Assembly: GCA_964016885.1 (NCBI GenBank)
Contig: OZ024742.1
Span: 372,558,001 to 372,622,000 of the forward strand
Source: Eledone cirrhosa
Taxonomy: Eukaryota
Length of the DNA: 64,000 nt
Direction: 5' to 3'
Shown here piece after piece: positions 1 through 13,689 of the stretch (its first letter is position 1; every line of letters begins with the position of its first letter). The notes below the pieces were generated by a model. It was not told the origin of the DNA, made no database searches, and was given only the letters and a program-made list of their open reading frames with translations. Position numbers and translations under genes: made by a program.

Positions 1-2689
1 AATCTATATAAACTGTAAATCTCATTCTATAAACTGTAAATCTCTTTCTATATAAACTCTTAATCTCATTCTATATAAACTGTAAATCTCATTCTATAAA
101 CTGTAAATCTCATTCTATATAAACTGTAAATCTCTTTCTATATAACCTGTAAATCTCTTTCTATATAACCTGTAAATCTTATGCTATAGACTGTAAATCT
201 CATTCTATATGAACTGTAAATCTCTTTCTATATAAACTGTAAATCTCATTCTATATAAACTGTAAATCTCATTCTATATAATCTGTAAATCTCATTCGAT
301 AAGCTGTAAATCTCTTTTTATATAAACAGTAAATCTCATTCTATATAAACTGGAAATCTCATTCTATGAACTGTAAATCTCTTTCTATATAAACTGTAAA
401 TCTCATTCTATATAAAATGTAAATCTCATTCTATAAACTGTAAATCTCTTTCTATATAAACTGTAAATCTCATTCTATATAAACTGTAAATCTCTTTCTA
501 TATAAACTGTAAATTTCATTCTATAAACTCTAAATCTCTTTCTATATAAACTGTAAATCTCATTCTATATAAACTGTAAATCTGATTCTATGAACTGTAA
601 ATCTCTTTCTTTATAAACTCTTAATCTCATTCTATATAAACTGTAAATCTCATTCTATAAACTGTAAATCTCATTCTATATAAGCTGTAAATCTCATTCT
701 ATAAACTGTAAATCTCATTCTATAAACTGTAAATCTATTTCTATATAAACTGTAAATCTCATTCTATATAATCTGTATATATCATTCTATAAACTGTAAA
801 TCTCATTCTATAAACTGTAAATCTCTTTCTATATAAACTGTAAATCTCATTCTATATAAACTGTAAATATCTTTCTATATGAACTGTAAATCTCATTCTA
901 TATAAACTGTAAATCTATTTCTATATAAACTGTAAATCTCATTCTATATAAACTGTAAATCTCATTCTATATAAACTTTAAATCTCATTCTATATAAACT
1001 GTAAATCTCTTTCTATATAAACTGTAAATCTCATTCTATATAAACTGTGAATCTCATTCTATATAAACTGTAAATCTCATTCTATAAACTGTAAGTCTCT
1101 TTCGATATAAGCTGTAAATCTCATTCTATATAAACTGTAAATCTCATTCTATAAACTGTAAATCTCATTCTATATAAACTGTAAATCTCATTCTATAAAC
1201 TGTAAATCTTTTTCTATATAAACCGTAAATCTCATTCTATATAATCTGTAAATCTCATTCTATAAACTGTAAATCTCATTCTATATAAACTGTAAATCTC
1301 TTTCTATATAAACTGTAAATCTCATTCTATATAAACTGTAAATCTCATTCTATAAACTGTAAATCTCTTTCTACATAAACTGTAAATCTCATTCTATATA
1401 AGCTGTAAATCTCATTCTATAAACTGTAAATCTCTTTCTATATAAACTGTAAATCTCATTCTATATAAACTGTATATATCATTCTATAAACTGTAACTCT
1501 CAGTCTATAAACTGTAAATCTCGTTCTATATGAACTGTAAATCTCTTTCTATATGAACTGTAAATCTCTTTCTATATAAACTCTGAATCTCATTCTATAT
1601 AAGCTGTAAATCTCATTCTATGAACTGTAAATCTCTTTCTATATAAACTGTAAATCTCATTCTATATAAACTGTAAATCTCATTCTATAAACTGTAAATC
1701 TCTTTCTATATAAACTGTAAATCTCATTCTATATAAACTGTAAATCTCTTTCTATATAAACTGTACATTTCATTCTATAAACTGTAAATCTATTTCTATA
1801 TAAATTGTAAATCTCATTCTATAAACTGTGAATCTCATTCTATATAAACTGTAAATCTCTTTCTATATAAACTGTAAATTTCATTCTATAAACTCTAAAT
1901 CTCTTTCTATATAAACTGTAAATCTCATTCTATATAAACTTTAAATCTCTTTCTATATAAACTGTAAATCTCATTCTATATAAACTGAATCTCATTCTAT
2001 ATAAACTGTAAATCTCTTTCTATATAAACTGTAAATCTCATTCTATATAAACTGTAAATCTCATTCTATATAAACTGTAAATCTCATTCTATAAACTGTA
2101 AATCTCTTTCTATATAAACTGTAAATCTCATTCTATATAAGCTCTAAATCTCATTCTATTAACTGTGAATCTCATTCTATATAAACTGTAAATCTCATTC
2201 TATATAAACTGTATATATCATTCTATAAACTGTAAACCTCATTCTATAAACTGTAAATCTCTTTCTATATGAACTGTAAATCTCATTCTATATAAACTGT
2301 AAATCTCATTCTATATTAACTGTAAATCTGATTCTATAAACTATAAATCTCTTTCTATATAAACTCTTAATCTCATTCTATATAAAATGTAAATCTCATT
2401 CTATATAAACTGTATATATCATTCTATAAACTGTAAATCTCATTCTATAAACTGTAAATCTCTTTCTATATAAACTGTAAATCTCATTCTATATAAACTG
2501 TAAATCTCATTCTATATTAACTGTAAATCTGATTCTATAAACTGTAAATCTCTTTCTATATAAACTCTTAATCTCATTCTATATGAACTGTAAATCTCTT
2601 TCTATATAAACTGTGAATCTCATTCTATATAAGCTGTAAATCTCATTCTATGAACTGTAAATCTCTTTCTATATAAACTGTAAATCTCA

Positions 2690-5600
2690 TTCTATATAAA
2701 CTGTAAATCTCATTCTATAAACTGTAAATCTCTTTCTATATAAACTGTAAATCTCATTCTCTATAAACTGTAAATCTCTTTCTATATAAACTGTAAATTT
2801 CATTCTCTAAACTGTAAATCTCTTTCTATATAAACTGTAAATCTCAATCTATATAAACTGTAAATCTCTTTCTATGTAAACTGTAAGTCTCATTCTATAT
2901 AAACTGTGAATCTCATTCTATATACACTGTAAATCTCTTCCTATATAAACTGTAAATCTCATTCTATATAAACTGTAAATCTCATTCTATAAACTGTAAA
3001 TCTCTTTCTATATAAACTGTAAATCTCGTTCTATATAAGCTGTAAATCTCATTCTATAAACTGTAAATCTCTTTCTATATAAACTGTAAATCTCGTTCTA
3101 TATAAACTGTAAATCTCATTCTATATAGACTGTAAATCTCTTTCTATATGAACTGTAAATCTCATTCTATATAAATTGTAAATCTCATTCTATAAACTGT
3201 GAATCTCATTCTATATAAACTGTAAATCTCATTCTATATAAACTGTAAATCTCATTCTATATTAACTGTAAATCCCATTCTATAAACTGTAAATCTCTTT
3301 CTATATAAGCTGTAAATCTCATTCTATGTAAACTGTAAATCTAATTCTATATAAACTGTAAATCTCATTCTATATTAACTGTAAATCTGATTCTATGAAC
3401 TGTAAATCTCTTTCTTTATAAACTCTTAATCTCATTCTATATAAACTGTAAATCTCATTCTATAAACTGTAAATCTCATTCTATATAGACTGTAAATCTC
3501 TTTCCATATAAACTGTAAATCTCATTCTATATAAATTGTAAATCTCATTCTATAAACTGTGAATCTCATTCTATATAAACTGTAAATCTCATTCTATATA
3601 AACTGTAAATCTCATTCTATATTAACTGTAAATCCCATTCTATAAACTGTAAATCTCTTTCTATATAAGCTGTAAATCTCATTCTATGTAAACTGTAAAT
3701 CTAATTCTATATTAACTGTAAATCTCATTCTATATAAACTGTAAATCTCATTCTATATTAACTGTAAATCTGATTCTATGAACTGTAAATCTCTTTCTTT
3801 ATAAACTCTTAATCTCATTCTATATAAACTGTAAATCTCATTCTATAAACTGTGAATCTCATTCTATATAAGCTGTAAATCTCATTCTATAAACTGTAAA
3901 TCTCATTCTATAAACTGTAAATCTATTTCTATATAAACTGTAAATCTCATTCTATATAATCTGTATATATCATTCTATAAACTGTAAATCTCATTCTATA
4001 AACTGTAAATCTCTTTCTATATAAACTGTAAATCTCATTCTATATAAACTGTAAATATCTTTCTATATGAACTGTAAATCTCATTCTATATAAACTGTAA
4101 ATCTATTTCTATATAAACTGTAAATCTCATTCTATATAAACTGTAAATCTCATTCTATATAAACTTTAAATCTCATTCTATATAAACTGTAAATCTCTTT
4201 CTATATAAACTGTAAATCTCATTCTATATAAACTGTGAATCTCATTCTATATAAACTGAAATTCTCATTCTATATTAACTGTAAATCTCATTCTATAAAC
4301 TGTAAGTCTCTTTCTATATAAGCTGTAAATCTCATTCTATATAAACTGTAAATCTCATTCTATAAACTGTAAATCTCATTCTATATAAACTGTAAATCTC
4401 ATTCTATATAAACTGTAAATCTCATTCTATAAACTGTAAATCTCTTTCTATATAAACTGTAAATCTCATTCTATATAAACTATAAATCTCTTTCTATATA
4501 AACTGTAAATTTCATTCTCTAAACTGTAAATCTCTTTCTATATAAACTGTAAATCTCAATCTATATAAACTGTAAATCTCTTTCTATGTAAACTGTAAGT
4601 CTCATTCTATATAAACTGTGAATCTCATTCTATATACACTGTAAATCTCTTCCTATATAAATTGTAAATCTCATTCTATATAAACTGTAAATCTCATTCT
4701 ATAAACTGTAAATCTCTTTCTATATAAACTGTAAATCTCGTTCTATATAAGCTGTAAATCTCATTCTATAAACTGTAAATCTCTTTCTACATAAACTGTA
4801 AATCTCATTCTATATAAACTGTATATATCATTCTATAAACTCTAAATCTCATTCTATAAACTGTAAATCTCTTTCTATATAAACTGTAAATCTCATTCTA
4901 TATAGACTGTAAATCTCTTTCTATATGAACTGTAAATCTCATTCTATATAAATTGTAAATCTCATTCTATAAACTGTGAATCTCATTCTATATAAACTGT
5001 AAATCTCATTCTATATAAACTGTAAATCTCATTCTATATTAACTGTAAATCCCATTCTATAAACTGTAAATCTCTTTCTATATAAGCTGTAAATCTCATT
5101 CTATGTAAACTGTAAATCTAATTCTATATAAACTGTAAATCTCATTCTATATTAACTGTAAATCTGATTCTATGAACTGTAAATCTCTTTCTTTATAAAC
5201 TCTTAATCTCATTCTATATAAACTGTAAATCTCATTCTATAAACTGTAAATCTCATTCTATATAGACTGTAAATCTCTTTCTATATGAACTGTAAATCTC
5301 ATTCTATATAAATTGTAAATCTCATTCTATAAACTGTGAATCTCATTCTATATAAACTGTAAATCTCATTCTATATAAACTGTAAATCTCATTCTATATT
5401 AACTGTAAATCCCATTCTATAAACTGTAAATCTCTTTCTATATAAGCTGTAAATCTCATTCTATGTAAACTGTAAATCTAATTCTATATTAACTGTAAAT
5501 CTCATTCTATATAAACTGTAAATCTCATTCTATATTAACTGTAAATCTGATTCTATGAACTGTAAATCTCTTTCTTTATAAACTCTTAATCTCATTCTAT

Positions 5601-6180
5601 ATAAACTGTAAATCTCATTCTATAAACTGTGAATCTCATTCTATATAAGCTGTAAATCTCATTCTATAAACTGTAAATCTCATTCTATAAACTGTAAATC
5701 TATTTCTATATAAACTGTAAATCTCATTCTATATAATCTGTATATATCATTCTATAAACTGTAAATCTCATTCAATAAACTGTAAATCTCTTTCTATATA
5801 AACTGTAAATCTCATTCTATATAAACTGTAAATATCTTTCTATATGAACTGTAAATCTCATTCTATATAAACTGTAAATCTATTTCTATATAAACTGTAA
5901 ATCTCATTCTATATAAACTGTAAATCTCATTCTATATAAACTTTAAATCTCATTCTATATAAACTGTAAATCTCTTTCTATATAAACTGTAAATCTCATT
6001 CTATATAAACTGTGAATCTCATTCTATATAAACTGAAATTCTCATTCTATATTAATTGTAAATCTCATTCTATAAACTGTAAGTCTCTTTCTATATAAGC
6101 TGTAAATCTCATTCTATATAAACTGTAAATCTCATTCTATAAACTGTAAATCTCATTCTATATAAACTGTAAATCTCATT
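2690..6180. repeat. About 1.75-kb tandem duplication (offset 1712 then 1777) that contains the 360-bp duplication in both copies
   Basis: cattctctaa at 2801 and 4513 (+1712); agac at 3127 and 4904 (+1777); gaaatt at 4258 and 6035 (+1777). Lines 4921 and 5281 are again identical at 360 bp. Confidence 0.8.
3105..3840. repeat. 360-bp (16-monomer) tandem duplication within the satellite
   Basis: Lines starting 3181/3541 and 3241/3601 are identical. Shared markers are tagac, aattgt, atccca, ctatgt and ctaatt. 360 = 12x23 + 4x21. The second copy carries one extra monomer near 3710. Confidence 0.85.
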
Positions 6181-9100
6181 CTATAAACTGTAAATCTTTT
6201 TCTATATAAAGCGTAAATCTCATTCTATATAATCTGTAAATCTCATTCTATAAACTGTAAATCTCATTCTATATAAACTGTAAATCTCTTTCTATATAAA
6301 CTGTAAATCTCATTCTATATAAACTGTAAATCTCATTCTATAGACTGTAAATCTCTTTCTATATAAACTGTAAATCTCATTCTATATAAGCTGTAAATCT
6401 CATTCTATAAACTGTAAATCTCTTTCTATATAAACTGTAAATCTCATTCTATATAAACTGTATATATCATTCTATAAACTGTAACTCTCAGTCTATAAAC
6501 TGTAAATCTCGTTCTATATAAACTGTAAATCTCTTTCTATATGAACTGTAAATCTCTTTCTATATAAACTCTGAATCTCATTCTATATAAGCTGTAAATC
6601 TGATTCTATGAACTGTAAATCTCTTTCTATATGAACTGTAAATCTCATTCTATATAAACTGTAAATCTCATTCTATAAACTGTAAATCTCTTTCTATATA
6701 AACTGTAAATCTCATTCTATATAAACTGTAAATCTCTTTTTATATAAACTGTAAATTTCATTCTATAAACTGTAAATCTCTTTCTATATAAATTGTAAAT
6801 CTCATTCTATAAACTGTGAATCTCATTCTATATAAACTGTAAATCTCATTCTATAAACTGTAAATCTCATTCTATGAACTGTAAATCTCTTTCTATATAA
6901 ACTGTAAATCTCATTCTATATAAACTGTAAATCTCTTTCTATATAAACTGTAAATCTCATTCTATATAAACTGTGAATCTCATTCTATAAGCTGTAAATC
7001 TCTTTCTATATAAACTGTAAATCTCATTCTATATACACTGTAAATCTCTTTCTATATAAACTGTAAATCTCATTCTATATAAACTGTAAATCTCATTCTA
7101 TAAACTGTAAATCTCTTTCCATATAAACTGTAAATCTCATTCTATATAAGCTGTAAATCTCATTCTATAAACTGTACATCTCTTTCTATATAAACTGTAA
7201 ATCTCATTCTATATAAACTGTATATATCATTCTATAAACTGTAAATCTCATTCTATAAACTGTAAATCTCTTTCTATATAAACTGTTAATCTCATTCTAT
7301 ATAAACTGTAAATCTAATTCTATATTAACTGTAAATCTGATTCTATAAACTGTAAATCTCTTTCTATATAAACTGTAAATCTCATTCTATATAAACTGTA
7401 AATCTCTTTCTATATAAACTGTAAATCTCATTCTATATAAACTGTAAATCTCATTCTAAAAACTGTAAATCTCTTTCTATATAAACTCTTAATCTCATTC
7501 TATATAAACTGTAAATCTCATTCTATAAACTGTAAATCTAATTCTATATAAACTGTAAATCTCTTTCTATATAACCTGTAAATCTCTTTCTATATAACCT
7601 GTAAATCTCTTTCTATATAAACTGTAAATCTCATGCTATAGACTGTAAATCTCATTCTATATGAACTGTAAATCTCTTTCTATATAAACTGTAAATCTCA
7701 TTCTATATAAACTGTAAATCTCATTCTATATAATCTGTAAATCTCATTCGATAAACTGTAAATCACTTTTTATATAAACAGTAAATCTCATTCTATATAA
7801 ACTGGAAATCTCATTCTATGAACTGTAAATCTCTTTCTATATAAATTGTAAATTTCATTCTATAAAATGTAAATCTCTTTCTATATAAACTGTAAATCTC
7901 ATTCTATATAAACTGTAAATCTCTTTCTATATAAACTGTAAATTTCATTCTATAAACTCTAAATCTCTTTCTATATAAACTGTAAATCTCATTCTATTTA
8001 AACTGTAAATCTCATTCTATAAACTGTAAATCTCTTTCTATATAAACTGTAAATCTCATTCTATATAAACTGAATCTCATTCTATATAAACTGTAAATTT
8101 CTTTCTATATAAACTTTAAATCTCTTTCTATATAAACTGTAAATCCCATTCTATATAAACTGTAAATCTCATTCTATAAACTGTAAATCTCTTTCTATAT
8201 AAACTGTAAATCTCATTCTATATAAGCTGTAAATCTCATTCTATTAACTGTAAATCTCATTCTATATAAACTGTAAATCTCATTCTATATAAACTGTATA
8301 TATCATTCTATAAACTGTAAATCTCATTCTATAAACTGAAAATCTCTTTCTATATAAACTGTAAATCTCATTCTATATAAACCGTAAATCTCATTCTATA
8401 TTAACCGTAAATCTGATTCTATAAATTGTAAATCTCTTTCTATATAAACTCTTAATCACATTCTATATAAACTGTAAATCTCATTCTATAAACTGTAAAT
8501 CTCATTCTATATAAGCTGTAAATCTCATTCTATAAACTGTAAATCTATTTCTATATAAACTGTAAATCTCATTCTATATAAACTGTAAATCTCATTCTAT
8601 ATAAACTGTATATATCATTCTATAAACTGTAAATCTCATTCTATAAACTGTAAATCTCTTTCTATATAAACTGTAAATCTCATTCTATATAAACTGTAAA
8701 TATCATTCTATATGAACTGTAAATCTCATTCTATATAAACTGTGAATCTCATTCTATATAAACTGTAATTCTCATTATATATTAACTGTAAATCTCATTC
8801 TATAAACTGTAAATCTCTTTCTATATAAGCTGTAAATCTCATTCTATATAAACTGTAAATCTCATTCTATAAACTGTAAATCTCATTCTATATAGACTGT
8901 AAATCTCTTTCTATATGAACTGTAAATCTCATTCTATATAAACTGTAAATCTCATTCTATATAAACTGTGAATCTCATTCTATATAAACTCAAATTCTCA
9001 TTCTATATTAACTGTAAATCTCATTCTATAAACTGTAAGTCTCTTTCTGTATAAGCTGTAAATCTCATTCTATATAAACTGTAAATCTTATTCTATGAAC

Positions 9101-12100
9101 TGTAAATCTCATTCTATATAAACTGTAAATCTCATTCTATATAAACTGTAAATCTCATTCTATAAACTGTAAATCTCTTTCTATATAAACTGTAAATCTC
9201 ATTCTATATAAACTGTAAATCTCTTTCTATATAAACTGTAAATTTCATTCTCTAAACTGTAAATCTCTTTCTATATAAACTGTAAATCTCAATCTATATA
9301 AACTGTAAATCTCTTTCTATGTAAACTGTAAGTCTCATTCTATATAAACTGTGAATCTCATTCTATATACACTGTAAATCTCTTCCTATATAAACTGTAA
9401 ATCTCATTCTATATAAACTGTAAATCTCATTCTATAAACTGTAAATCTCTTTCTATATAAACTGTAAATCTCGTTCTATATAAGCTGTAAATCTCATTCT
9501 ATAAACTGTAAATCTCTTTCTACATAAACTGTAAATCTCATTCTATATAAACTGTATATATCATTCTATAAACTGTAAATCTCATTCTATAAACTGTAAA
9601 TCTCTTTCTATATAAACTGTAAATCTCATTCTATATAGACTGTAAATCTCATTCTATATAAACTTTAAATCTCATTCTATATAAACTGTAAATCTATTTC
9701 TATATAAACTGTAAATCTCATTCTATATAAACTGTAAATCTCATTCTATATAAACTTTAAATCTCATTCTATATAAACTGTAAATCTCTTTCTATATAAA
9801 CTGTAAATCTCATTCTATATAAACTGTGAATCTCATTCTATATAAACTGAAATTCTCATTCTATATTAATTGTAAATCTCATTCTATAAACTGTAAGTCT
9901 CTTTCTATATAAGCTGTAAATCTCATTCTATATAAACTGTAAATCTCATTCTATAAACTGTAAATCTCATTCTATATAAACTGTAAATCTCATTCTATAA
10001 ACTGTAAATCTTTTTCTATATAAACCGTAAATCTCATTCTATATAATCTGTAAATCTCATTCTATAAACTGTAAATCTCATTCTATATAAACTGTAAATC
10101 TCTTTCTATATAAACTGTAAATCTCATTCTATATAAACTGTAAATCTCATTCTATAGACTGTAAATCTCTTTCTATATAAACTGTAAATCTCATTCTATA
10201 TAAGCTGTAAATCTCATTCTATAAACTGTAAATCTCTTTCTATATAAACTGTAAATCTCATTCTATATAAACTGTATATATCATTCTATAAACTGTAACT
10301 CTCAGTCTATAAACTGTAAATCTCGTTCTATATAAACTGTAAATCTCTTTCTATATGAACTGTAAATCTCTTTCTATATAAACTCTGAATCTCATTCTAT
10401 ATAAGCTGTAAATCTGATTCTATGAACTGTAAATCTCTTTCTATATGAACTGTAAATCTCATTCTATATAAACTGTAAATCTCATTCTATAAACTGTAAA
10501 TCTCTTTCTATATAAACTGTAAATCTCATTCTATATAAACTGTAAATCTCTTTTTATATAAACTGTAAATTTCATTCTATAAACTGTAAATCTCTTTCTA
10601 TATAAATTGTAAATCTCATTCTATAAACTGTGAATCTCATTCTATATAAACTGTAAATCTCATTCTATAAACTGTAAATCTCATTCTATGAACTGTAAAT
10701 CTCTTTCTATATAAACTGTAAATCTCATTCTATATAAACTGTAAATCTCTTTCTATATAAACTGTAAATCTCATTCTATATAAACTGTGAATCTCATTCT
10801 ATAAGCTGTAAATCTCTTTCTATATAAACTGTAAATCTCATTCTATATACACTGTAAATCTCTTTCTATATAAACTGTAAATCTCATTCTATATAAACTG
10901 TAAATCTCATTCTATAAACTGTAAATCTCTTTCCATATAAACTGTAAATCTCATTCTATATAAGCTGTAAATCTCATTCTATAAACTGTACATCTCTTTC
11001 TATATAAACTGTAAATCTCATTCTATATAAACTGTATATATCATTCTATAAACTGTAAATCTCATTCTATAAACTGTAAATCTCTTTCTATATAAACTGT
11101 TAATCTCATTCTATATAAACTGTAAATCTAATTCTATATTAACTGTAAATCTGATTCTATAAACTGTAAATCTCTTTCTATATAAACTGTAAATCTCATT
11201 CTATATAAACTGTAAATCTCTTTCTATATAAACTGTAAATCTCATTCTATATAAACTGTAAATCTCATTCTAAAAACTGTAAATCTCTTTCTATATAAAC
11301 TCTTAATCTCATTCTATATAAACTGTAAATCTCATTCTATAAACTGTAAATCTAATTCTATATAAACTGTAAATCTCTTTCTATATAACCTGTAAATCTC
11401 TTTCTATATAACCTGTAAATCTCTTTCTATATAAACTGTAAATCTCATGCTATAGACTGTAAATCTCATTCTATATGAACTGTAAATCTCTTTCTATATA
11501 AACTGTAAATCTCATTCTATATAAACTGTAAATCTCATTCTATATAATCTGTAAATCTCATTCGATAAACTGTAAATCACTTTTTATATAAACAGTAAAT
11601 CTCATTCTATATAAACTGGAAATCTCATTCTATGAACTGTAAATCTCTTTCTATATAAATTGTAAATTTCATTCTATAAAATGTAAATCTCTTTCTATAT
11701 AAACTGTAAATCTCATTCTATATAAACTGTAAATCTCTTTCTATATAAACTGTAAATTTCATTCTATAAACTCTAAATCTCTTTCTATATAAACTGTAAA
11801 TCTCATTCTATTTAAACTGTAAATCTCATTCTATAAACTGTAAATCTCTTTCTATATAAACTGTAAATCTCATTCTATATAAACTGAATCTCATTCTATA
11901 TAAACTGTAAATTTCTTTCTATATAAACTTTAAATCTCTTTCTATATAAACTGTAAATCCCATTCTATATAAACTGTAAATCTCATTCTATAAACTGTAA
12001 ATCTCTTTCTATATAAACTGTAAATCTCATTCTATATAAGCTGTAAATCTCATTCTATTAACTGTAAATCTCATTCTATATAAACTGTAAATCTCATTCT

Positions 12101-13470
12101 ATATAAACTGTATATATCATTCTATAAACTGTAAATCTCATTCTATAAACTGAAAATCTCTTTCTATATAAACTGTAAATCTCATTCTATATAAACCGTA
12201 AATCTCATTCTATATTAACCGTAAATCTGATTCTATAAATTGTAAATCTCTTTCTATATAAACTCTTAATCACATTCTATATAAACTGTAAATCTCATTC
12301 TATAAACTGTAAATCTCATTCTATATAAGCTGTAAATCTCATTCTATAAACTGTAAATCTATTTCTATATAAACTGTAAATCTCATTCTATATAAACTGT
12401 AAATCTCATTCTATATAAACTGTATATATCATTCTATAAACTGTAAATCTCATTCTATAAACTGTAAATCTCTTTCTATATAAACTGTAAATCTCATTCT
12501 ATATAAACTGTAAATATCATTCTATATGAACTGTAAATCTCATTCTATATAAACTGTGAATCTCATTCTATATAAACTGTAATTCTCATTATATATTAAC
12601 TGTAAATCTCATTCTATAAACTGTAAATCTCTTTCTATATAAGCTGTAAATCTCATTCTATATAAACTGTAAATCTCATTCTATAAACTGTAAATCTCAT
12701 TCTATATAGACTGTAAATCTCTTTCTATATGAACTGTAAATCTCATTCTATATAAACTGTAAATCTCATTCTATATAAACTGTGAATCTCATTCTATATA
12801 AACTGAAATTCTCATTCTATATTAACTGTAAATCTCATTCTATAAACTGTAAGTCTCTTTCTGTATAAGCTGTAAATCTCATTCTATATAAACTGTAAAT
12901 CTTATTCTATGAACTGTAAATCTCATTCTATATAAACTGTAAATCTCATTCTATATAAACTGTAAATCTCATTCTATAAACTGTAAATCTCTTTCTATAT
13001 AAACTGTAAATCTCATTCTATATAAACTGTAAATCTCTTTCTATATAAACTGTAAATTTCATTCTCTAAACTGTAAATCTCTTTCTATATAAACTGTAAA
13101 TCTCAATCTATATAAACTGTAAATCTCTTTCTATGTAAACTGTAAGTCTCATTCTATATAAACTGTGAATCTCATTCTATATACACTGTAAATCTCTTCC
13201 TATATAAACTGTAAATCTCATTCTATATAAACTGTAAATCTCATTCTATAAACTGTAAATCTCTTTCTATATAAACTGTAAATCTCGTTCTATATAAGCT
13301 GTAAATCTCATTCTATAAACTGTAAATCTCTTTCTACATAAACTGTAAATCTCATTCTATATAAACTGTATATATCATTCTATAAACTGTAAATCTCATT
13401 CTATAAACTGTAAATCTCTTTCTATATAAACTGTAAATCTCATTCTATATAGACTGTAAATCTCATTCTA
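5865..13470. repeat. 3814-bp near-perfect tandem duplication
   Basis: ctttaa 5941/9755, atgctatag 7633/11447 and agac 9637/13451 are all +3814. The differences I noticed are 6211 G vs 10025 C and 8991 C vs 12805 G. Confidence 0.9.
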
Positions 13471-13689
13471 TATGAACTGTAAATCTCATTCTATATAAAT
13501 TGTAAATCTCATTCTATAAACTGTGAATCTCATTCTATATAAACTGTAAATCTCATTCTATATAAACTGTAAATCTCATTCTATATTAACTGTAAATCCC
13601 ATTCTATAAACTGTAAATCTCTTTCTATATAAGCTGTAAATCTCATTCTATGTAAACTGTAAATCTAATTCTATATAAACTGTAAATCT

